Positions 1-6,822 of a stretch of 7,710 nt of DNA are shown piece after piece (the first letter of the stretch is position 1; each line of letters opens with the position of its first letter). The notes under the pieces were generated by a model. It did no database searches. It saw nothing but the letters and a program-made list of their open reading frames with translations, and was not told the DNA's origin. Both the position numbers and the translations under genes were made by a program. The stretch comes from Octopus sinensis (taxonomy: Eukaryota): the NCBI RefSeq assembly GCF_006345805.1, contig NW_021828788.1, positions 1 through 7,710 of the forward strand, read 5' to 3'.

Positions 1-110
1 ATAATATATATATTATCATATATATTATATCGATATCATGCATATATATATATATATAGATATATATATAATACACATCTAAATGTGTTATAATATCTGA
101 TATAATATAT

Positions 111-156
<46 letters not shown>

Positions 157-168
157 GTATAAATATAT
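1..168. repeat. Degenerate to pure (TA)n microsatellite
   Basis: Direct inspection; near-pure run at ~113-150. Confidence 0.85.
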
Positions 169-295
169 GTCGGAATGTTAGCGTACAAGTGTGTGTGAAT
201 TAATTCACATACATATAATCAATTATAGTATGTATATTTATATATACGCATAATTACGTATAAATAAACTTACACAGTAGAGAAATATATACATT

Positions 296-452
296 TGGTA
301 AGAAGCTTGCTTCCCCACCACATGGTTCCAGGTTCAGTCCCACTGTGTGGCACCTTGTCCAAGTGTCATCTATTATACCTTCTACTATACCTTCCGCCCG
401 ACCGGGACCTTGTGAGTCGATTTGGTAGACGGAAATTGAAAGGAGCCCGTCA
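296..452 (+). mobile_element. Family A SINE head, 5'-truncated, diverged, no tail
   Basis: Aligns to the other heads from TGGTAAGAAGCTTGC through GGTTCAGTCCC (B box) to GCCCGTC. Lacks the 5' AGGCGCAGGAG and most of the A box. Carries an imperfect 12-bp internal duplication (CATCTATTATAC 367-378 / CTTCTACTATAC 379-390). Confidence 0.9.
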
Positions 453-479
453 TATATATATATATGTATGTTTGTATAA

Positions 480-513
<34 letters not shown>

Positions 514-517
514 TTAT

Positions 518-680
518 AGGACCAGGAGTGGCTGTGTAGTAAGTAGCTTGCTTACCAACCACATGGTTCCGGGTTCAGTCCCACTGCGTGGTACCTTGGG
601 CAAGTGTCTTCTACTATAGCCTCGGGCTGACAAATGCCTTGTGAGTGGATTTGGTAGACGGAAACTGAAAGAAGCCCATC
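518..680 (+). mobile_element. Family A SINE head (tRNA-like + CORE-like), no tail
   Basis: A-box-like TGGCTGTGTAG, B box GGTTCAGTCCC, then CCTTGGGCAAGT (resembles the CORE-SINE/MIR core, from recall), ending GAAAGAAGCCCATC. Followed by (TA)n. Confidence 0.92.
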
Positions 681-709
681 ATATATATGTATGTATGTTT
701 GTATTATAA

Positions 710-760
<51 letters not shown>

Positions 761-876
761 TATTATGTGTGTGTATATACATATATATTATGTGTGTATA
801 TATGCATATATATTCATATATATATGTATACACATATTTAAATATATCTGTATAATATCAGCGTGTATACATACAA

Positions 877-910
<34 letters not shown>

Positions 911-915
<5 letters not shown>

Positions 916-981
916 CTAAATATGTGTATAATATCTGCTATATATATATATACACACATCTAAATATGTGTATAATATCTG

Positions 982-1021
<40 letters not shown>

Positions 1022-1085
1022 CTAAATATGTGTATAATATCTGCTATATATATATATATATATATACATACACATCTAAATATGT
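911..1085 (+). repeat. Minisatellite: 28-bp unit CACATCTAAATATGTGTATAATATCTGC separated by variable (TA)n
   Basis: Identical units at 911-938, 955-982 and 1017-1044, a partial unit at 1071-1085, and diverged copies at 74-99 and ~831-862. Confidence 0.92.
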
Positions 1086-1105
1086 ATATATATATATATA
1101 CTTAT

Positions 1106-1487
1106 AGGCGCAGGAGTGGCTGTGTGGTAAGAAGCTTGCTTACCAACCAAATGGTTCCGGGTTCAGTCCCACTGTGTGGCACCTTGGGCAAGTGTCTTCT
1201 ACTATAGCACCGGGCCGACCAATGCCTTGTGAGTGGATTTGGTAGATGGAAACTGAAAGAAGCCCGTCGTATATATGGATATATATATGTGTATGTTTGT
1301 GTTTGTCCCCTAGCATTGCTTGACAACCGATGCTGGTCTGTTTCTGTCCCCGTCAATTAGCGGTTCGGCAAAAAAGACCGATAGAATAAGTACTAGGCTT
1401 ACAATGAATAAGTCCCGGGGTTGAGTTGCTCGATTAAAGGCGGTGCTCCAGCATGGCCGCAGTCAAATGACTGAAACAAGTAAAAGA

Positions 1488-1489
<2 letters not shown>
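1106..1489 (+). mobile_element. Family A SINE, full length (head 1106-1269, internal TA/TG tract, tail ~1302-1489)
   Basis: A box TGGCTGTGTGG 1117-1127 and B box GGTTCAGTCCC 1160-1170. Tail runs from TTTGTCCCCTAGC to GACTGAAACAAGTAAAAGAGT. The same head-microsatellite-tail order recurs at 2482-2858 (-), 3369-3737, 4899-5246 and 6437-6822. Confidence 0.95.
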
Positions 1490-1525
<36 letters not shown>

Positions 1526-1668
1526 GATATATATGTAATATGTATATAACATATATGTATGTATATATACATATATATCACTGTGTGTGTGTACGTGTGT
1601 GTATATGTATATATGTGTGTATATGATATACATATGATATGATACATACATGCATATATATATAATAT

Positions 1669-1699
<31 letters not shown>

Positions 1700-1986
1700 A
1701 TATATGTGCGAGTATGTATGTATATATATGTGTGAGTATGTATGTATATATATGTGTGAGTATGTATGTATATATATATATATGTATGTATATATATGTG
1801 TGAGTATGTATGTATATATATATATATGTATGTATATATATGTGTGAGTATGTATGTATATATATATATATGTATGTATATATATGTGTGAGTATGTATG
1901 TATATACATATATTTATATATCTATATATATATATATGTGTGTATATTTATATATATATATGTATATTTATATTTATACATATATA

Positions 1987-2031
<45 letters not shown>

Positions 2032-2040
2032 GAATATATA
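1490..2040. repeat. Compound (TA)n/(TATG)n/(TG)n microsatellite containing a 24/44-bp minisatellite at 1689-1892
   Basis: Direct inspection; GAG unit ends at 1712, 1736, 1760, 1804, 1848 and 1892. Confidence 0.95.
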
Positions 2041-2046
2041 TCTATG

Positions 2047-2085
2047 TCTCTCTCATCTCTCTCTGTCTCTCTCTCTCTCTCTGTC

Positions 2086-2164
<79 letters not shown>
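2047..2164. repeat. (CT)n tract (2047-2116) fused directly to (AT)n (2117-2164)
   Basis: Direct inspection. Confidence 0.95.
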
Positions 2165-2169
<5 letters not shown>

Positions 2170-2189
2170 GTGTGCTTGTGTGTACACAA

Positions 2190-2341
2190 TCTACCATCGT
2201 TTGACAACCAGCACGGGAATGGCAGAATATGTACTAGGCTTTAGAAAAAAATAGGCCAATAATTAGTCGATTCGTTCAGCTAAAGCTCTCTTCTAGGCGG
2301 TGCCCTAGCATGACCAGAATCTAATGACAGAAACATGTAAA
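2190..2341 (+). mobile_element. Diverged family A tail (older variant), internally deleted, no head
   Basis: CCATCGTTTGACAACC, AGAATATGTACTAGGCTT, AGGCGGTGCCCTAGCATGACC and AATGACAGAAACATGTAAA match the tail of 1106-1489 in the same order. Confidence 0.8.
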
Positions 2342-2397
2342 CACACGCACACAGACATACACAAATACATGTATATACATATTATATACATATATGT

Positions 2398-2456
<59 letters not shown>

Positions 2457-2481
2457 TATGTACATATTTATATATATATAT

Positions 2482-2720
2482 ACTCTCTCTTTTCTCTTTT
2501 ACTCTTTTACTTGTTTCAGTCATTTGACTGCGGCCATGCTGGAGCACCGCCTTTTAGTCGAGCAAATCGACCCCGGGACTTAATCTTTGTAAGCCCAGTA
2601 CTTATTCTATCGGTCTCTTTTGCCGAACCGCTAAGTGACGGGGACATAAACACACCAGCATCTGTTGTCAAGCTATGCTAGGGGAACAAACACAAACACA
2701 CATACACACACACACATATA

Positions 2721-2759
<39 letters not shown>

Positions 2760-2858
2760 TATACGACAGGCTTCTTTCAGTTTCCGTCTACCAAATCCAC
2801 TCACAAACCCGGAATTTATGCGGTTGGTTAGCAAGCTAATTACCACACAGCCACTCCT
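2482..2858 (-). mobile_element. Family A SINE, head + tail, inverted, with a ~64-bp deletion in the head
   Basis: Reverse complement of tail (2482-~2690, ending GTAAAAGAGTAAAAGAGAAAAGAGAGAGT), a CA/TA tract, and head 2764-2858. On the minus strand TTCCGGGTT joins TGTGAGTGG directly at ~2806, removing the 3' half of the B box and the CORE-like segment. Confidence 0.93.
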
Positions 2859-2875
2859 ATATATCTATCTATCTA

Positions 2876-2913
<38 letters not shown>

Positions 2914-2998
2914 TATATATATATATATATATATATACTTGTATATGTCGAATACGTGTTTCTAAGTACGAAATGTATACGCTTGTCTATATATATAA

Positions 2999-3063
2999 GA
3001 CGACGACGAGGGTTCCAGTTGATTTGATAAACAGAGCCACCCTACTTAGTAAATTTCCGTGCA
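2999..3063 (-). mobile_element. Possible fragment of a third interspersed repeat family
   Basis: GACGACGACGAGGGTTCCAGTTGAT...AAATTTCCGTGCAA resembles the end of another octopod repeat that I recall. There is only one copy in the window, so no internal support; the strand call also rests on recall. Confidence 0.4.
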
Positions 3064-3085
3064 AACTAACCTTAATTATAGAATT

Positions 3086-3267
3086 GGTGTGTGTGTGTGT
3101 ATAAATATATACTCACACACATGCACACATGTGTATATATATATATATATATATATACGTACGCACATATATGTTCATGTGTGTGCATATATATATATAT
3201 ATGTCCATATATACATATAATAATTATTTGAGGGAATATTATTCCTAACTCAAGGTTAGGAATTTTC

Positions 3268-3305
<38 letters not shown>

Positions 3306-3331
3306 ATATGACTACAAGTATGTATACATAT

Positions 3332-3366
<35 letters not shown>
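3086..3366. repeat. Compound (TG)n/(TA)n/(CA)n microsatellites with a short unique island at ~3221-3270
   Basis: Direct inspection. Confidence 0.9.
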
Positions 3367-3367
<1 letters not shown>

Positions 3368-3368
3368 C

Positions 3369-3736
3369 GCGCAGGAGTGGCTGTGTAGTAAGTAGCTTGT
3401 TCCGTGGCACCTTGGGCAAGTGTCTTCTACTATAGCCTCGGACCGACCAAATCCTTGTGAGTGGATTTGGTAGATGGAAACTGAAAGAAGCCCGTCGTAT
3501 ATATGTATAATATATGCGTGTGTGTGTGTTGTGTGTCTGTATTAGTCCCCCTAGCATTGCTTGACAACCGAGCTGGTGTGTTTATGTCCCCGTTACTTAG
3601 CGGTTCGGTAAAAAAGACCAATAAAATGAGTGCTGGGCTTACAAAAGAATAAGTCCCGAGGTCGAGTTGCTCGACTAAATGCGGTGCTCCAGCATGGCCG
3701 CAGTCAAATGACTGAAACATGTAAAAGAGTAAAGAG

Positions 3737-3737
<1 letters not shown>
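3369..3737 (+). mobile_element. Family A SINE, head + tail, with net 33-bp deletion removing the B box
   Basis: GCAGGAGTGGCTGTGTAG start. AGTAGCTTG-TTC-CGTGGCACC replaces a 36-nt consensus segment: the CAGGAG-to-CCTTGGG distance is 38 here versus 71 in the 518 copy. Tail ~3542-3737 ends GTAAAAGAGTAAAGAGT. Confidence 0.93.
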
Positions 3738-3767
<30 letters not shown>

Positions 3768-3868
3768 ATACATATGGCTACAAGTATGTATACATATATA
3801 TTTTATATATATATACATACACATACATATATGTGTATGAATATACTAATCGTGTATCTTTGTGCATG

Positions 3869-3913
<45 letters not shown>

Positions 3914-3937
3914 TATATATATATATATATATATATA
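3738..3937. repeat. Compound (TG)n/(TA)n microsatellite
   Basis: Direct inspection. Confidence 0.9.
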
Positions 3938-4160
3938 TTTAAAAAAGGAGATGTGGAACACGAGTTGTGATATATAAAAAAAGGAACTAATTTAAGTAAG
4001 GGAGAGTGTATTTAATTAGGTGAAAGTTCTTTTTACCCGTTGCGCATTTGTTATGCTTATCAAAAGATATTTTTTAAGGAGAGATAGAGTTCCTTTCTGA
4101 TAGATTTTTTTCTCTTATATATATATATACTTTTATACACACGTGTGTGTGTCTGTGTGT

Positions 4161-4228
4161 CTCTCCCCCACCGCTTGACAACCGGTGTTGGTGTGCTTAC
4201 GTTCCCGTTATCTAATGGTTTGACAAAC
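4161..4228 (+). mobile_element. Fragment: 5' part of an older family A tail
   Basis: CCCCCACCGCTTGACAACCGGTGTTGGTGTGCTTACGTTCCCGTTATCTAATGGTTTGACAAA matches the first third of the tail, and is preceded by a (TG)n-like tract as in intact copies. Confidence 0.8.
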
Positions 4229-4307
4229 GATTCCGTTACAAATGAAAACTACAGAATAATATTGTTTCATTCGACGTGTGTGTGTCTGTCTGTCTGTGTG
4301 TATGTGT

Positions 4308-4457
4308 TTCTTCCCCCACCACGCCCTGCCATAGAGACCGTTAGAGTAAAGTACCAAAGTTACAAAAGGGGGGTGGAAATGTTGAAGTACTGGCATTGAA
4401 TCATTCGACAAAAAAAATTCTTCGAGATGCCGCAGTATGGCCGTATCTGAAACATAT
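4308..4457 (+). mobile_element. Highly diverged older family A tail, no head
   Basis: CCCCCACC, AGAGACCGTTAGAGTAAAGTACC, AAGTACTGG, TCATTCGAC-AAAAAATTCTTC, CAGTATGGCCG and CTGAAACAT are collinear with the tail at 5080-5246. Confidence 0.7.
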
Positions 4458-4491
4458 ACAACTTGAGGAGAAAAGAGAACCGTTATATATA

Positions 4492-4675
4492 TATTTTCTT
4501 ACTACCGACAAGGGGCTAAACACAGAGGAGACAAACAAGGACAGACGAACGGATTAAGTCGATCATATCGACTCCAGTGCTTAACTGGTACTTAATTTAT
4601 CGACCCCGAAAGGATGAAAGCCAAAGTCGACCTCGGCGGAATATGAACTCGGAACGTAACGCCAGACGAAATACC
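4492..4675 (-). mobile_element. Family B SINE unit B1: 184-bp tandem unit lacking the A-box end
   Basis: Directly abuts 4676-4859 with a period of exactly 184 bp; 18 substitutions and no indels by hand alignment (~90% identity). Confidence 0.9.
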
Positions 4676-4896
4676 TATTTCTTTATTACCCACAAGGGGC
4701 TAAACACAGAGAGGACAGACAAGGACAGACAAACGGATTAAGTCGACTACATCGACCCCAGTGCGTAACTGGTACTTAGTTTATCGACCCAGAAAGGATG
4801 AAAGGCTAAGTCGACCTCGGCGGAATTTGAACTCGGAACGTAACGCCAGACGAAATACCGCTAAGCATTTCGTCCAGCGTGCTAACGATTCTGCCA
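4676..4896 (-). mobile_element. Family B tRNA-derived SINE unit B2 (central domain Nin/Deu-like)
   Basis: Minus strand has A box TGGCAGAATCG (4886-4896), B-box-like AGTTCAAATTCC (4822-4833), then CCGAGGTCGAC..GCCTTTCATCCTTTC.GGGTCGATAAA..AAGTACCAG. That segment resembles the Deu/Nin SINE central domain as I recall it (unverified). Confidence 0.85.
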
Positions 4897-4898
4897 AT

Positions 4899-5246
4899 AG
4901 GCGCAGGCATGGCTCTGTGTTAAGAAGTCCGCTCGCCAACCACTTGGTTCCGGGTTCACTCCCACAGCATGACACCTTGGCCAAGTGTCTTTAGCCTCGG
5001 GCCGACCAAAGCCTTCTGAGTGGATTTGGTAGAGGGAAACTGAAAGAAGTCCGTCGTATATATATGTGTGTATGTGTGACTTCCCCCACCATCTCATGGC
5101 AATCGATGTTGGTATGTTTACGTCCTTGTAATAGAGTAAGTACCAGATTTATTGAAAAAAAAAAGACAAAAGTGCTGGGGTGGTTACATACGACTAAAAA
5201 TTCTTCAAATCAATGCCGAAGTCTAATGGCTAAAACAAGTAAGAGA
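4899..5246 (+). mobile_element. Older, diverged family A SINE, head + tail, several small deletions
   Basis: AGGCGCAGGCATGGCTCTGTG head, GGTTCACTCCC B box, short TA/TG tract, and an older-type tail (GACTAAAAATTCTTCAA) ending AAACAAGTAAGAGA. Confidence 0.88.
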
Positions 5247-5251
5247 CTTGC

Positions 5252-5281
5252 ATATAATATATATATATTATATATATAATA

Positions 5282-5352
<71 letters not shown>

Positions 5353-5362
5353 ATAATATATA
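5252..5362. repeat. Interrupted (TA)n microsatellite
   Basis: Direct inspection. Confidence 0.9.
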
Positions 5363-5366
5363 AAAT

Positions 5367-5520
5367 GTGGCTGTGTGATAAGTAGCTTGCTTACCAACCA
5401 CATGGTTCCAGGTTCAGTCCCACTGCGTGGCACCTTAAGCAACTGTCTTCTACTAGAGCCTCAGGCCGACCAAAGCCTCGTGGGTGGATTTGGTAGAGGG
5501 AAACTGAAAGAAGCTCGTTG
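5367..5520 (+). mobile_element. Family A head, first ~10 bp missing; followed by TA/TG tract but no tail
   Basis: GTGGCTGTGTGATAAGTAGC...GGTTCAGTCCC...GAAAGAAGCTCGTTG, then (TA)n(TG)n to 5558, then unrelated sequence. Confidence 0.92.
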
Positions 5521-5712
5521 TGTATATGTATATATATGTGTGTGTGTGTGTGTGTGTGGTAAAAATAAATATTTACGACAGAGGCTATACATTAAAACCG
5601 AGAGTGTACTTCTCTCGTGTATCTAACAGTATAGTTTGTTCTAACTGAACATATTTAGATCAAAACATATTCGGGGATAAATAATATATATGTACACGCA
5701 CGTTCTCGTAAT

Positions 5713-5875
5713 AGGCGCAGGAGTTGCTGTGTGGTAATTAGCTTGCTAACCAACCACATGGTTCCAGGTTCAGTCCCACTGCGTGGCATCTTGGGCAAGT
5801 GTCTTCTGCTATAGCCCCGGGCCGACCAATGCCTTTTGAGTGGATTTGGTAGACGGAAACTGAAAGAAGCCTGTC

Positions 5876-5876
<1 letters not shown>
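5713..5876 (+). mobile_element. Family A head, unit 1 of tandem array
   Basis: Starts AGGCGCAGG. Shares array-diagnostic bases GCTAACC, GGCATCTTGG, TCTGCTATAGCCCC and GCCTGTC. Confidence 0.95.
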
Positions 5877-5913
<37 letters not shown>

Positions 5914-5927
5914 TATTATATATATAT

Positions 5928-6017
<90 letters not shown>

Positions 6018-6022
6018 TATAT
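5877..6022. repeat. Interrupted (TA)n spacer, 146 bp
   Basis: Direct inspection. Confidence 0.95.
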
Positions 6023-6185
6023 AGACGTAGGAGTGGATGTGTGGTAAGTAGCTTGCTAACCAACCACATGGTTCCAGGTTCAGTCCCACTGCGTGGCATC
6101 TTGGGCAAGTGTCTCTGCTATAGCCCCGGGCCGACCAATGCCTTTTGAGTGGATTTGGTAGACGGAAACTGAAAGAAGCCTGTCG
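6023..6185 (+). mobile_element. Family A head, unit 2 of tandem array
   Basis: Starts AGACGTAGG; near-identical to units 1, 3 and 4. Confidence 0.95.
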
Positions 6186-6228
6186 TATATATATATATAT
6201 ATTATATATATATATATAATATATATAT

Positions 6229-6392
6229 AGACGTAGGAGTTGCTGTGTGGTAAGTAGCTTGCTACCAACCACATGGTTCCAGGTTCAGTCCCACTGCGTG
6301 GCATCTTGGTCAAGTGTCTTCTGCTATAGCCCCGGGCCGACCAATGCCTTTTGAGTGGATTTGGTAGACGGAAACTGAAAGAAGGCCTGTCG
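6229..6392 (+). mobile_element. Family A head, unit 3 of tandem array
   Basis: Starts AGACGTAGG; near-identical to its neighbours; flanked by 43- and 44-bp TA spacers. Confidence 0.95.
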
Positions 6393-6406
6393 TTATATAT
6401 ATATAT

Positions 6407-6436
<30 letters not shown>

Positions 6437-6437
<1 letters not shown>

Positions 6438-6822
6438 GACGTAGGAGTGGCTGTGTGGTAAGTAGCTTGCTAACCAACCACATGGTTCCAGTTCAGTCCC
6501 ACTGCGTGCATCTGGGCAGTGTCTTCTGCTATAGCCCCGGGCCGACCAATGCCTTGTGAGTGGAATTGGTAGACGGAAACTGAAAGAAGCCTGTCGTATA
6601 TATATATATATATATGTATGTATGTGTGTGTGTGTGTGTTTGTCCTCCTAGCATAGCTTGACAACCGATGCTGGTGTGTTTACGTCCTCGTCACTTAGCG
6701 GTTCGGCAAAAAGAGACCGATAGAATAAGTACTGGGCTTCCAAAGAATAAGTCCCGGGGTCGATTTGCTAAGGCGGTGCTCCAGCATGGCCGCAGTCAAA
6801 TGCCTGAAACAAGTAAAAGAGT
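6437..6822 (+). mobile_element. Family A SINE, head (unit 4, 6437-6596) + TA/TG tract + tail (~6639-6822)
   Basis: Head as in units 1-3. Tail is collinear with 1302-1489, has a ~6-bp deletion after GATTTGCT, and ends GAAACAAGTAAAAGAGT. Confidence 0.95.

Noticed and set aside
911-1085. CRISPR array
   Set aside because: The spacers are just (TA)n, the repeat is not palindromic, there are no cas genes, and the context is eukaryotic.
1106-1185. tRNA gene (also the other heads and 4820-4896)
   Set aside because: A and B boxes are present, but no convincing acceptor stem or cloverleaf forms and the sequence continues into SINE body.
3241-3266. Rho-independent terminator
   Set aside because: Eukaryotic repeat context, no upstream gene, AT-rich stem and short T run.
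5599-5617. Hairpin CGAGAG-N7-CTCTCG
   Set aside because: A 6-bp stem of GA/TC dinucleotides is expected by chance.
5852-5875. Hammerhead ribozyme in GACGGAAACTGAAAGAAGCC(C/T)GTC
   Set aside because: GAAA directly precedes and overlaps CTGA with no room for the intervening stems, and CTGAAAGA has one base too many for CUGANGA. It is only a 5-bp hairpin.
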